Assembly: GCA_020137815.1 (NCBI GenBank)
Contig: CM035355.1
Location: 4,278,001-4,342,000, forward strand
Direction: 5' to 3'
Source: Hormiphora californensis
Lineage: Eukaryota; Animalia; Ctenophora
DNA length: 64,000 bases
In this document: piece after piece, positions 1-13,273 of the stretch
Position numbering within the stretch: the first letter of the stretch is position 1
Layout of the letters: each line of letters begins with the position of its first letter
Notes under the pieces: model-generated
The model's database searches: none
Told to the model about the DNA's origin: nothing
The model's input: only the letters and a program-made list of their open reading frames with translations
Program-made: the position numbers and the translations under genes

Positions 1-208
1 AGTTCAGTAAGTTGTAGGGGGGGGGGGGTTTAGTAAGTTGGGGGTGGGGGTGGAGTCCTGTCTGGGTGGTGATGAGATGATGAGTTACTACAGTTCTCTA
101 GTTCAGTAAGTTATAGGGGGGGTGTTTAGTAAGTTGGGGGTGGGGGTGGAGTCCTGTCTGGGTGGTGATGAGATGATGAGTTACTACAGTTCTCTAGTTC
201 AGTAAGTA
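1..208 (+). repeat. ~97-bp tandem repeat containing an exon 3' end plus GTAAGT donor
   Basis: gtggagtcctgtctgggtggtgatgagatgatgagttactacagttctctagttcagtaagt occurs at ~49 and ~146, with a partial copy at 1. Confidence 0.85.
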
Positions 209-971
209 ATTTGGGGGGGAGGGGGTCGGGTGTTTATTTAGGTCGGAGGGGGTGTGTTCACAGTAGCAGGGTGATCAATTCAATTTTCTGGCAGGAGCTA
301 GTACTAGTAGTAAGCAGGAGCTATTGCAGTCAAGTTGTGTTTAATCAAAGAAGTAGTCAAGGCTGGGCGGAATTAATCACTGCGTGGACGCGTGGTTCAT
401 GTAGTTCAAGTTTGGGAAATAAACGAGCATGCATGTTTAAAAAAACAAACGGAATAAGAACGATACTACTTGTTAGGGACTACAGTCGCCTACGGGACTT
501 GCTCTTTAGCCTTGTAATAAGACATCCTATCTCTCCCTTTCTCTATGTATTTCTTCCTGGGTGCATTATGTGCCCTGATTTTATTGTGCAGGATCAGCAG
601 GAATAACAGCTCTCAAATTGCAATACGATACAGGGCAGGGAATGAGTACATATAAGCAGGCATGCACAGAGTTCGAATTGCTTGGATTATAGCTGGAACG
701 GGGCATATCAAACGAGTTGGAAAATGGTAGCGAGGGAGAGAGAGAAAGAGAAAAGGATGGGGAGAGAGAAAGAGAGAAAAGGAAGCTGGGGAGAGAGAGA
801 CAGACACAGAGGAGTGAACATATATCAATAGATATCAGTGAGCATGAATGGAGCGGGGAATCCATGCTCTGCAGTTATTATAGAGGGGATAAAACAAGGA
901 GAGAGGGAGGTGTTGGTGTAGTATAAATAGTGAGAACTCTGAAATTGTAGGGTTGATTTGATGAACCCTGC

Positions 972-1125
<154 letters not shown>

Positions 1126-2022
1126 CATTACCCTACCCACTACCATGGTACCGTTAGTCTCTTTTCAGAGCTCTTACACCTAGTCATGCGCTCGAAATCT
1201 TTGATCCTCTTTCTGTCTCTTATTTATCTCTATCTTTCTCCATCCCTCTACTACTATATTTCTCTCTCAGTCCCATATATCTAGTGTACCATGTGCCCCT
1301 CCCTCATATTTACTATTGAAGAAGGAAGTGGAAGGTCACAGAATTACTAAATTTGTAAACCACTCACTCAACTTTGTCTTATAGTCCACAACTCAAACAA
1401 TTTTATCTCCTCCACTATTATTTCTCCAGATTATTATCTCTCCAACACTATTATTTCTCCAGGTATTTCCAAGGACTAAACACAATGGGACTCAAGATTG
1501 AGAGGACACGACCCGTGAGAATAGTTAGCCGATACGATATATTTGATACTGATCAAATGGTACGATTTACAGTCACGCATAGCATGTAGTCGGCCCGACA
1601 TAATAAATATCCCATTTCCCAACTACAATCCCCCCCCCCCCCGTAACACCTCCGCAAAAACACCATAACTTTACCCCTCTAACACACCCCCTCTCCCAGA
1701 TCTGCAGCATCAGATTCTACATTCCCGACCTGGAGCCCATGCACCCTCCTGCGCCCCCCCCCCCCCCCAGTAACACCCTCCTACCCCCCAGTAACACCCC
1801 CTCTACCCCCTCTAACACCCCCCATTCCCCACTTCAGATCTGCAGTATCAGATTCTACATTCCCGACCTGGAGCCCATGCACCCTCCAGCCCCCATAGTA
1901 ACGGACGTGTTTGTGGGGTGGGATGATGACAGGACGTGTTATGTGGTACCAAAGAGCGGGTCACTAAACTGGAAAACTATCATTCGAATTAACACGGTCA
2001 GTTTAGTAGAAACACAGATTTT

Positions 2023-2091
2023 CTGTCTTGCGCCGCGACCCCATCTGAGTGCACTGTTGAGAATCAAATGGGGTATGGCGGCGCCATACAG
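2023..2091. mobile_element. Tiny MITE, CTGTC(T/G)GGCG TIR family, 8-bp TSD
   Basis: ctgtcttgcgccgc...gcggcgccatacag flanked by cagatttt/cagacttt; relatives at 7031 and 35457. Confidence 0.75.
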
Positions 2092-3090
2092 CAGACTTTA
2101 GGCAACTGAATCTTGTTGTAAAAACTTAAAAACACCTGAATTTGGAGGTCGGTAACTCTTTTAGAGATTTTTGAAAGAAAAACGAGCAAAACCTTAACAT
2201 GAGCCACAAGCAAACATTGTGAGAGAATGCTGTCCAATAATAAGTTTGCTGTTTTAACAGAATTGGCCTATACTTATTCTGACACTCCAACTACTAACCC
2301 TCAGCTACTGCCTGGATTGTGCCGCTACACACAACCTAACTAGATGGTGTTGAAATGATGTCTTTTGAAAAGCATGCAATCGACACTTACCAGTCTTCAA
2401 TTCAAATTTACTCAACAAATTCCAATGGCCGATATGCTATATGTGTTCTCTAGCTAGTATTCTCTATACCTGGCTAGTCAGGGTATATTTACTAGATTGC
2501 TGGTCTATTGGGCTGAGCACCCTGAATTATATTTTAACTAGGCAATAAATATGTTAAACTTAAGACAACTACCTGCATTCAAACAGCAGCTCCAACAGTC
2601 AGCTAGGCCACAGAGAGAGAAGATATAGATATACTACACTAGGTGGCCTAAACCAAATTACCAACAGCTAGCCTCTAGCCTACTACCATTCCCTTTCACC
2701 ACCTATGTGATCCAAGAGAGAGAGACTAAAGACCCAACTAAGTCTGGAAGAGACCCAAAGTACAGATTTCAAGGCTAGTCACGTTCCACACGTCATGTGT
2801 GTGCTGTGAGAGTGTCTGTGTGACAACGCTGGCAGTGCTGAAATAGAAATTGGAAAATTGTGGGAAAATTATTATTAAACGGTCTTTTTCCCTTTCCGCC
2901 CCTTTCATCGTTATAATTTGTTCACCTAATTTTACGCATAGAATAAAATGGAGCTTTTGAAAGGCCGTAGTTATGAATTTTTTACAAATCGTGTTCAAAA
3001 GTCCCAACTAAAATCACAATCCCCGAACCGGAATCCCGGTCGTTTACTAAAAATATATTTATTCATTGTTGAGAAAAATAAGTAACGTTA

Positions 3091-3683
3091 CAGGCGATGT
3101 TGAAGTACCTGGGAAGGCTAAACAACTCATATGTTTCAGCCTTCAGGCGATGTTGAAGTACCTGGGAAGACTAAACAACTAATATGTTTCAGGCGATGTT
3201 GAAGTACCTGAGAAGACTAAACAACTAATATGTTTCAGGCGATGTTGAAGTACCTGAGAAGACTAAACAACTAATACATTTCAGGCGATGTTGAAGTACC
3301 TGGGAAGGCTAAACAACTAATACATTTCAGGCGATGTTGAAGTACCTGGGAAGACTAAACAACTAATACATTTCAGGCGATGTTGAAGTACCTGGGAAGA
3401 CTAAACAACTAATACATTTCAGGCGATGTTGAAGTACCTGGGAAGGCTAAACAATTAATATGTTTCAGGCGATGTTGAAGTACCTGGGAAGACTAAACAA
3501 CTAATACATTTCAGGCGATGTTGAAGTACCTGGGAAGACTAAACAACTAATACGTTTCAGGCGATGTTGAAGTACCTGGGAAGACTAAACAACTAATATG
3601 TTTCAGGCGATGTTGAAGTACCTGGGAAGACTAAACAACTAATATGTTTCAGGCGATGTTGAAGTACCTGGGAAGACTAAACA
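3091..3683 (+). repeat. 46-bp tandem array (13 copies) of branch point + 3' splice site + exon start
   Basis: Unit caggcgatgttgaagtacctgggaagactaaacaactaatatgttt; only the last copy continues into the SOUL exon. Confidence 0.95.
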
Positions 3684-3755
3684 AGACAGACTTGGCTGAT
3701 GACGAAGTTACTGTTGATGTGTTTACCGGGTATGGTATCTCTGACACGAGGAAAG

Positions 3756-5098
3756 CAGGAAACGACCGAACCGGGTTTTTTTCCACCGAACCGAACCGAA
3801 CCGAATTTGAAAAACTTTTTTACCGAACCGAACCGAACCGAACCGAATTTCGGTAACCGAACCGAACCGAACCATACAAAACTTTTTCTGTATAAATGTT
3901 TCTCTAAAAAGTCATGGAGAGCACCGATCAAGGTATTGAGAATCATTCTCTGAAATTTTGTTAAAAAATGTTTGAAAAATTTCAAAGTCAATTTTGTGAA
4001 AAAATTTTCAAAGTCAATTTTATCGTAAATTTTCTATGTCAATTTTTGCGTACGAATCGTGTTTCGAATCGGCAATGCTATACGGGAATGGTATTGCTAA
4101 TTAGCAGGATTAAACGAATCATGAATCGTGTCTCTCTAAATTTCCTAATTAGATTTGATGGGGGATCACGTATCAGCACAATCCATCTCGGACCCACTAA
4201 TTACCAACATCACTCCCGTTTAGCATTGTCGATTAGAAAGACGATTCGTATACCATAATTTACTTAAAATATTTTTCACAAAAAAATTTCACAAAATTTC
4301 AGGTAATGATTCTCAATACCTTGATCGATGCTCTCCATGAATTTTTAGAGAAACATTTAATTTTGTGAAAAAACTTCAAAAATATTTCAAAGTCAATTTC
4401 GGAAAAAAAATTCTATGTCAATTTTGCCGTACGAATCGTGTTGCGAATCGGTGATGCTATGCGGCAGTGCTCTCGCTAATTAGCAGGATTTTATTGAAAC
4501 ATGAATCGTTTCCCCTAAACTTCCTAATTAGATTTGATGGGGGATCACGTATCAGCATAATCCATCTCGGACCCACTAATTAGCAACATCACTCCCGCTT
4601 AGCAATACCGATTCGAAACACGATTCGTACGCAAAAATTGACAGAAAATTTTCCATAAAATTGACTTTGAAATATTTTCCAAACTTTTTTACAAAATTTC
4701 AGAGAATGATTCTTAACACCTTGATCGGTGCTCTCCATGAATTTTTTGAAAAAAAAAAGTTTCTGAATTTGTTGAACCTCTCATGAGGACACGATTCGAC
4801 GGGAAGTCAGGTATCAAATCAATCCATATCGAACCCGCTAACTAGCGAAATCATTTCCACATAGCACCACCGATTCGAAATAGGGTTAATACGGCGAAAT
4901 TGACATTGAAATCCATACAATTTTCGTGAAATAATTGAAAAATTTTGCATGAAAAAGCCCGATTTCTGGGCATTTTTTGACCAAAAAATTCGGTGGTTCG
5001 GCCAAAATTTCCTACCGAACCGAACCGAACCGAACCGCCCAAAAAACACCGAATTTCCGAACCGAACCGAACCGAACCGAATATTCGGTCGCTTCCTG
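3756..5098. mobile_element. Non-autonomous hAT-like DNA transposon
   Basis: TIR CAGGAAACGACCGAA / TTCGGTCGCTTCCTG, perfect 8-bp TSD GAGGAAAG (3748-3755, 5099-5106), subterminal (ACCGA)n, internal inverted repeats; no transposase. Confidence 0.9.
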
Positions 5099-5852
5099 GA
5101 GGAAAGTTATGGAAAATATTGTGTGTACCATGGATAATAGAACCTACTAAAATTGTAGTTCTCTAATGGCAAAGAAAGGGCTAGAAACACTTTGTTCTGT
5201 GAGTGGAAAGTTCAGATAGATAATATAATCGTCGGTCGAGATCGAGATTAAGGCCACGAACTGAGACTGTGACAGACACAAAAAAAGAAGGAAAATGAAA
5301 TGAGCTTGGGAAGAGAGAGAAGCATGCGCTGAGAGTGCTCTGAAAAGGAGAAAAGGTGGTGATGTGTGTCGTAAAAAACTAGGGTGGAAGAGATGAAAAC
5401 GTATACCGTCTGAGTGTTGAAAACTAGAAGTAGAAGTATGAAAATGTGTGATAGTGTGGTTGGTTTTATTATATTTTAATCAATAGATAATGCAAACGGT
5501 GTTAAAAAGGTAAAATTAATTTATTTACTGAAGTTTAAGATTCATTTCCAGTGTTACCAGGTAACTTACCTTACTAGTGTACATCATGTACAGTGTATGT
5601 ACAATTTACATGATACATGTACATTGTACAATGTACTATGTACCTACACTGTATGTTAAGATTTTCAATTTCTTAAGAGTCAAAAGTTTAACTTTCGAGG
5701 AACTTGAACCCATTCCACTGGCACATAATTATGAACTCTACTTAAATAAATTATTGTTATTTTTCTGAAAATTCGTAGTTTACTTTCCCATATCATACTG
5801 ATTGTTGAATTTGAAAGTGAAAAGTTTTAAACACATGTTATGTGTTTATGCG

Positions 5853-7284
5853 GGGGGGGGGGGGGGGCCGCGTGAATTTAATATCCATGTCCTAAATAAA
5901 CACGTCCGACTTTAATGTCCCTGGGACATTAAAGGACATTAAAGGACATTAAAAGACATTAAAGGACATTTAATTGAAACATGAATTTTCAGCTATTATT
6001 AAACTAAAATGGTGTTTTCAACCACTTAATATTTACCCCTAATGTCCCCTCTATCGATTCCAACCAATACCATAGATGTTTGGGGTGATTAAGCCTCATT
6101 TTAGGGTGGCGTGGTACCTCTAAACAAACCCCGGAAATTTTGTAGTTTTTGACTGGATGTCAAGGTTTTAAAGTGAAAATAGCCCCGATTTTGATGAAAC
6201 TTGGTCAGAATGGTCTTTGGGGTCTAATTAGAAGTCAAAAAATTTTTAAGTGCTCAAATCCTAAATTTAGGTTTTTCTAGGTTTTTTAGGTTTTTTGGCT
6301 TTTATGGGTTTCGGAAACGTCCTATAAAAGAATGAATAGAACCATCTTTCTCTGCGTGAAATTCTGCATCGATTATAGTCGCTTTAAACCTTTCTATGAC
6401 GTAAGGTTCAGAAGTTATAGTGGTAAGGTTTTTTAGGTTTTATTCGTTACACAGACATCGCAGATCAAAATGGTTTTCACTAAAATGATTTCCTCATCAA
6501 TAAACGTCGATTGACACCCTATAAGATGGTATTCTGACAAGAGGTTTGCCCGTTAGCCTAAAACATGTACCCGCCCCTATAACATGTACCCGTTTGCGAT
6601 TTTTTGGGATGGCTTCGGAACCTTACGTCATAGAAAGGTTTATAGCCACTAAAATCGATGCAGAATTTCACGCCGAGAAAGATGGTTCTATCCATTTTGT
6701 TCTAGGACGTTCCTGAAACCCATAAAAGCAAAAACAAAACCTAAAAAACCTAAAAATCGTAAATTTAGGATTTGAGCACTAAAATTTAGACACCAAACAC
6801 TATTCTGACCAATTTTCATCAAAATCGGAGCTGTTCTCTCTCACTTTTATGACTTCGGTGTCTTCTCTACTCGTTTCATAAGATGATTTTGTGATATCGT
6901 CTAGGCTAGAAATATGTACATTTAAAAAAGGTACCGCACCCACGTCCCACGCAAAAGCAAGCCCAATCACCACTGAACATTTATGAACATTCATTGGAAT
7001 CGAAAGATGGGACCTTTAGTAGTACATTGGCTGTCTGGCGGCGCCAGACCCCAATTTGATTCTCGACAGTGCGCTCAGATGGGTCGCGGCGCCAGACAGT
7101 ACATTGGCGGTAGAAATGTTTGGTAACACATTGTGAAATGGTTTTTGGAAGTTAAAATTTCTTGTCCTTTAATGTCCTTTAATGTCCTTAAATGTCTTTT
7201 AATGTCCCAAATTACCCCGGGCAATTTAATGACCCAAAAATCGAGGGACATTAAAGGACATTTTAATACGCGGCCCCCCCCCCC
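5853..7284. mobile_element. Foldback/MITE with poly-G/poly-C termini, 8-9 bp TSD
   Basis: (G)nCCGCGT...ACGCGG(C)n; TSD TTTATGCG(G); inverted ggacattaaa repeats; long internal inverted segments shared with 12267-12933. Confidence 0.85.
7031..7099. mobile_element. Tiny MITE nested in the 5853-7284 element
   Basis: TIR ctgtctggcg/cgccagacag, 8-bp TSD TACATTGG. Confidence 0.85.
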
Positions 7285-7774
7285 TTTATGCGGAGGCAAC
7301 TCAAATTTACAAAGTGCGCTGCGCTATGAACGCCGCGCCGCGCTAAATTCGAAATCGTGAAAATTTCAAACTGAAACTTCACAAAATTTCCACGAAACAA
7401 AAAGTTTGAACGCCACGGATTTTGTTCCAAAAATCAGAAATCGCGATCACGTTCGTCCTCCGTGGCGGTCGTAGATGTTAATATTGGCATATTAAATGGT
7501 CATTAGCTGAAAATGAGCATATAATGATGTGTTTTATGCTTAAGGTGATATTGCAGACCTTTGCATGGTGCCCGACGAGCCTTCAGGCCAAAATTTATGC
7601 CAGTATCTGACTCAGAATCGAAAGTTAAACTGTAGCGACACGATGCCAAAAGTACTCTCCTGCCTTTTGTTGTTCAACGTAGGTTATGTTAATTGTTGCC
7701 GACTAAGAAAGAGATTCAATGTGAGACCTTTTTTTCAATGGAACCCCAATTCTTAATTCCTCAATTTTCTAGCC

Positions 7775-8246
7775 ATGTCTGAACAGACAGAGAGGGCTTT
7801 CCAGAAGCAGGCGGGAGTCTTCCTGAATAAGAAGCGCCAAGTCGGAACCAAGTCCGGAAAGGACATCCGATGGACTAAGAACGTTGGTCTGGGCATCAAG
7901 ACCCCAGTTGAAGGCCATCCAGGGAACCTACATCGACAAGAAGTGCCCCTTCACCGGAGATGTTGCCATCCGAGGACGTCTGCTCAGGGGAATCGTCAGG
8001 AGCATGAAAATGAAGAGGACCCTCACCATCCGACGGGACTACCTTCACTACATCAAGAAGTACAACAGGTTCGAGAAGAGGCACAAGAACATCTCTGCTC
8101 ACGTCTCACCTGCCTTCCTTGATCTGAAACAGGGAGATACCGTGTTGGTCGGACAGTGCAGGCCCCTCTCCAAGACGGTGCGATTCAACGTGCTGAAGGT
8201 GATCGCCACGGCCGCTTCCGACAAGAAGAAGTTCGCAAAGTTCTAA
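7775..8246 (+). CDS. RPS11: 40S ribosomal protein S11 (uS17), intronless; +1 indel near 7912 likely an assembly error
   Basis: [12 protein letters not shown]... and, in a second frame, [15 protein letters not shown]...[19 protein letters not shown]...[17 protein letters not shown]. Confidence 0.95.
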
Positions 8247-8366
8247 TTTATTTTACAATGTGTTCTCTTCGCTTTTATTCTAACACAACCATCCCTGGTA
8301 TTATTCTCGTATTTAATACATTGCAATGTTATGTGTATAACATGTCCCCTCTCCCTCATGTTTAGT

Positions 8367-11300
8367 ATGAGTGTGTTGGATTTGTTACAGGAACAAGATG
8401 TCTACAAATGTTATTTAGAAGATGATTATGATCATGAACAGTATGCCAACACTGTTATTGCTGCATCTGCTGTTACACAGACTCTCAATGCGCTCAAGGT
8501 TGGTAAAATTTCCAAAATCGGTGATAAATCACCTTATTGATGTTTCTCTCTTTTCTCTTTATCTAACCACACCTTCTCTTATAATTCGAGTGCTCTAACC
8601 CCCGTCTGTTCAGGTTGGTGTAGACAAGTTAGATGCCGCGTTAGAGGAACACGTCTCCGAACACTATGAAGATCTGATAGACCAAGCTACTGGTATCGAC
8701 ATCCTAGAGGAGTCTCTGTCAATTGTAAAAAGCAGGGTCGGTCAACTGCAACGATCAGTCAATTCCGTCAGAAAGAGGATCTCAGAACCATATCACTCGA
8801 TCAGTTCCCGTACCTCCCAACTGGGCCGTCTGCAGAAAACATGTGATGTGTTGAGGAGGGTAACCAGAATCCAGTATCTTGTGAGGAGGTTACGACAACA
8901 AGTTGAAGGGAAGGAGATAGCTAAAACTGCACAATCTCTGAGTGAATTGGAATATTTATACGGAGATGATCTCCGTGGGATAAACGCGGTAGAGAGGGAC
9001 TTAGATTGGGTTAACACTGCACGGAGAGACACAGAGCGAACAGCTGATCAGATCTTCTCACAAGGTCTAATCTCATTGAACCAAAACCAAACCAGTACCG
9101 CTCTCCAAGTCTACAGTTGTCTGGGTCTCCTGCAGGACAAGGTACGGAGTGTTGTTGAGGAGAGGTGTACAGCGGTGGGTACAGAGCTTGAAGTTGTAAT
9201 GGCGGGGAACTATGATCTCTCATCGCACGGTGTCTCAGCCCCTGGTGGTGCGTCCAGTTTCGGTAACACCCCCGCTTGGAGAGCTAACTTCTGGTCCTCG
9301 TTAGATAGATGGTGTGATGGTTCCACAACTAGTTACAGTCAGCTGCAGGTACTGCACAGAACACTAGCGAGGAGACGTGATCCTGTTAGCGGTAGGACAC
9401 TGTTGGAAGAGTGTGATGTGACACCGTTAGAGAGTTATGTGGGGACAGTTAACAGGGTGTTAGAGCAGCAAATGAGGGGTGTCGGGAGTGCAGCGAGACA
9501 GGCATTGAATGCTGAGTACCCGAAGGTGCTGAGACTCGTTGTGGGGATGTGGACACATTTCAGGGAGAAGGCAGCAGTTGAGGGACTAGAGGGAGTTCAA
9601 CTACCAAAAGATGATGTGAGTTGAGCACACTTTACCTGGTTTCAAATTCATCAATTACGACTCACATATCAAATATTCATTCATTACCTCTCTATATCAC
9701 TGAGTTATACACGATGTGCTAATGTCTATTCAAGTTGAGAACTTGCTCTATTCTAATTCAACTTCATAACACCCATGTATCCTAATTCCTAACACTTCTC
9801 CCTTCTTCAGCCTCGTGATATCCTGGCAGCCTTCCAAGGAGCCTACCTGGCTAGATCCCTGAACCGACTCCTAGATCCAGTCAATATAGCATTCCCTGGT
9901 AAAGGAGCGGTCCCCTCCCCCGCTGAGATAGAGGGGATTGTGAGGTGTATTGTTAGCGAGATATCTGCAGCACGAGGAGATACCGAACTGAAAAGTAAGT
10001 GTGGAAGCTACAAGTACACATGGGTTATTAGTGAAAGTACATAAGTTACTAGGGTATCTCTCTCCGTAATGGAGCCGATAGTGGGTATATATGCACTATT
10101 GGTCTACAATCCGGAGTAAAGTTAATTATATACCCCTTTTTAATAATACCGACACTCGAAGCAATGGGATATCGGCTAATGCGGATGGGGACATTTCAAT
10201 CTAGCATTCATTTTAAATTATTTCAACATTCGACATCCCGCTTATTAGTAAAGGTGGGATGAAAGAAACAGTTTTATTATTTTATCCCCCTCATTTCAGA
10301 TCTCAGTGTGACTAACGCTGTCAAGGCGGTACGTGACATGTTGGGACGATGCGAATCTCTAACTCATCATGGTAGTGGTGTCCAGGATATATCAGGACCA
10401 CCTAACCAGTATCATACCCGGAACATTGCTGTGCTTAATGTATTGTGTACTCTTCATACTAAGCTGGGGGATATTCCTGCTGACCTGAGGGCGGGTGAGG
10501 TGTGGATTATGGTGAGAGAGGTCATGGGCACCATTCTAGCTCCATTCAGGTGAGAAGAGGAGAGGGGGTGGTTTAAGCGGATCTGTCTGCGAGGTTGTAT
10601 TCTGATTTGAACTAGGTCTAAGAATCTAGGCCCGGCCACATCACATTCTAACCTCCACTAATCCCCCACCAGATTCTAACCACCATTATTCCCCCAGGTT
10701 ACAGCTAGACCAGATTCTTGGTTCCATTCACGAGGCAGATTACAGCATGGGCACTGGCAGTATTGCAGGGTGTTCAGATTATATTGCCCTGGTTGAGGAA
10801 ACTATAACTCACCTCACATCCATCTACCTGACCGGCCTAGCCAACAAATCAGCCGTTCAGCCCATCCTGACAGAGTTCCAAACCTCCCTCCTCTCGCTGT
10901 TTCTGAGGCACCTCGTTGTGGTCCGGCCCCTGGGCGAGGGAGGGAAGATGAGACTTGCTACTGATATTGCCGAGATGGAGAGGGTGCTGACTCCGCTAAA
11001 CGGGGCGGGGGAACGAGGTGCTGATATTTACCGGGATCTGAGGGCCTTCAGGAGTGTAATGTTCATGAATACTGAGGATCTTGTGGGGGTAAGGAATGTG
11101 CGACGTGATCTGATCTTGAATCATCTCTTCTCTCGAGCTGGTCCTGCTCTTCCATCTCCATATAAGGTATGTTTGTTGTTACCACTTACCACTTCGTTAC
11201 CATGGTAACCATTTTGTTACCATGGTAACTATCTCTCTATGATGACAATCATCCTTGCACTTTGATCGCTCACTGTGAACCACACCGTCTCCTCGTTCCC

Positions 11301-11655
11301 AGGGGGAACACAGGAGGCACCGTGTAGTAGCTGAGTGACAAGAAAGACAATCTGGCCTTTGTCTGAGAAAAACACTCATTAATTAATTAATTAATTAATT
11401 AATTAATTAATTAATGGGATTAATACTATAACATGATCACCCCCTCCTCCATCTCTCTCTCTAACACCCCACAACCCTCTCTCCCAGGTTGCAGGGTGGA
11501 CTGCATCTCAATATGTATCCTGGTTAGATTCCCATAGTACTGAGGATGCGGTCGAGATGGTACAGGGTGCCGTGCAGTGGTATGAGGATATGGTTAGGGA
11601 GAGCGGGGCGCCAAACTTTGATCCTGTCTACCCAACCATCATTGCTTTGCTGTGA
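8367..11655 (+). CDS. COG5: Conserved oligomeric Golgi complex subunit 5; exons approx 8367-8498, 8614-9615, 9811-9993, 10300-10549, 10698-11166, 11488-11655
   Basis: LARRRDPVS, EYPKVLRL, VRPLGEGGKMRLATDIAEME, YRDLRAFR, LFSRAGPALPSP and WTASQYVSWLDSH...FDPVYP match COG5. Confidence 0.9.
11239..11334 (+). ncRNA. Candidate intronic box C/D snoRNA in the last COG5 intron
   Basis: Box C ATGATGA at 11239, box D CTGA at 11331, internal hairpin, and TCATCCTTGC complementary to U6 GCAAGGAUGA. Confidence 0.4.
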
Positions 11656-11748
11656 GTATGAAGTGTTTGTAATGTTAGGAAGTTGTTATGTTTGTTAGTA
11701 AGTTGTTTCGTTCCCTAACTCTCCCCTCCGCTCTCTCTAGCTCTCTCC

Positions 11749-12249
11749 ATGTCTGATCTCCTAATAAAATGTCCACACCAAGTCGCCCGACTGACCCCTG
11801 AGTTCGGTTCCACCATCCCCTTTAAGTCGCGTCCTGCAAATCTAGACGAACAATTGCTTCTCAGTCCTTACGAGGCGTGGTATTTAGATCTACCTGACAA
11901 GCCCTCCTGGTCCTCTCTCCCTGACCACTTTGGACCTCGTTACGCTGCGTATCTGTACTTGAAACACCGCGGTTATACCGTCAAACCGGGAATTGCATTC
12001 GGTGGTCATTTTCTGGTGTATGATGGTAATCCGGGGGAGGTCCACGCGAGTTTCGTTGCTACGGTGGTTACCATGGATACAGTGGATTCGTTAACTGTGA
12101 ACGTTGCTAGGCGGTGTGCAGAGTCCGTTGCTAAGGAGTGTCTCTTGTTAAGGGTGGTCGGTGAAGTGACTCAAGACAATGTGGGCAGTGTGCTAGTCAA
12201 GTGTATCAAAGTTAAGAGATGGAGAGCGGAGAGGGATAGGGAGAAATGA
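11749..12249 (+). CDS. TSEN34: tRNA-splicing endonuclease catalytic subunit (Sen34-like)
   Basis: LLLSPYEAWYL, YLKHRGYTVKPGIAFGGHFLVYDGNPGEVHA, RCAESVAKECL carry the Y/H/K catalytic triad motifs; Sen34 vs Sen2 call less certain. Confidence 0.75.
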   Translation: MSDLLIKCPHQVARLTPEFGSTIPFKSRPANLDEQLLLSPYEAWYLDLPDKPSWSSLPDHFGPRYAAYLYLKHRGYTVKPGIAFGGHFLVYDGNPGEVHASFVATVVTMDTVDSLTVNVARRCAESVAKECLLLRVVGEVTQDNVGSVLVKCIKVKRWRAERDREK

Positions 12250-12266
12250 ACGTTGTTGTGTTTTTG

Positions 12267-12933
12267 GGGGGGGCCACCACCTTTTTTTTGCCCATTGCCC
12301 ATAATCCCAGCGAATTTTGGTTTTGCCCATATGGGCAAAAATGGGCAAAATGGGCAAAAGTGGGCAAAAATGGGCAAAATGAAATTTTTAGTGTTTTTTG
12401 TTGTTTTTTCAACTCTATAACTTGATTTTAATTCTTTAAAGTGAGAGAGAAAAGCCCTGATTATGATAAAACTCGGTCAGAATGGTCTTTGGTGTCACAT
12501 TAGAAGTCAAAAAATTGTTTAGTGGTCAAATCGTAAATTTAGTATTTTTTAATTTTTTTAAAGGTCTTAGGCTTTTATGGGTTTATTTTGTTCTAGGACG
12601 TTTCTGAAACCCATGAAAGCCAAAAAACCTAAAAACCTAAAAAATCCTAAACTTAGGATTTGAGCACTAAAATTTTTTTGACTTCTAATATGACACCAAA
12701 TACCATTTTGACCGAGTTATATCAAAATCAGGGCTGTTCACTTTCACTCTGAATAAGTTAAATCAAGTTATAGAGTTGAAAAAACGACATATAACACTGA
12801 AAATTTCATTTTGCCCATTTTTGCCCACGTTTGCCCATTTTTGCCCAAAGTCCCACGATTTTTGAAAATTCAGTTTTGCCCATATGGGCAAATATGGGCA
12901 AATATGGGCGAAAAAAAAGGTGACGGCCCCCCC
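12267..12933. mobile_element. Palindromic MITE with G/C-run termini, 8-bp TSD
   Basis: GGGGGGGCC.CCACC / GGTGACGGCCCCCCC; TSD TGTTTTTG; inverted tgggcaaaa repeats. Confidence 0.85.
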
Positions 12934-13273
12934 TGTTTTTGTTAATCTGTCTAATTTTATTAAACCCGCCCCAGCAGTTTTTCTGTACCGTGTGCTATTT
13001 CCGATGTTATACCCACATCACTAATACCATCTCTCTTTTTTTCAGAAGTTAAGAAAAGCAACGGTTCTACAGCTGCTACTGGTGCTGGGTGCATGTGTAA
13101 ATTTAGTGCTACAGTGTGTTTATTTCTTTGCGTGTGTATTTCAGAACTTTTTTGCCTGTCCTATATTAGTGTGTAAATATATTCGAGATGATATGATTGT
13201 TAGATTTGTTATGTTTTTCTTGGGGGTCTGTAACCATGGCAAACTCCAACATACTCCTTCATCAAAACAAAGG

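Noticed and set aside
3091-3683. CRISPR-like array
   Set aside because: No unique spacers, no cas genes and a eukaryotic context; it is a pure 46-bp tandem repeat of a splice acceptor
7905-7925. Programmed frameshift or processed pseudogene in RPS11
   Set aside because: Single extra base with an otherwise intact CDS and no poly-A tail; a similar indel occurs in essential POLR2B, so assembly error is more likely
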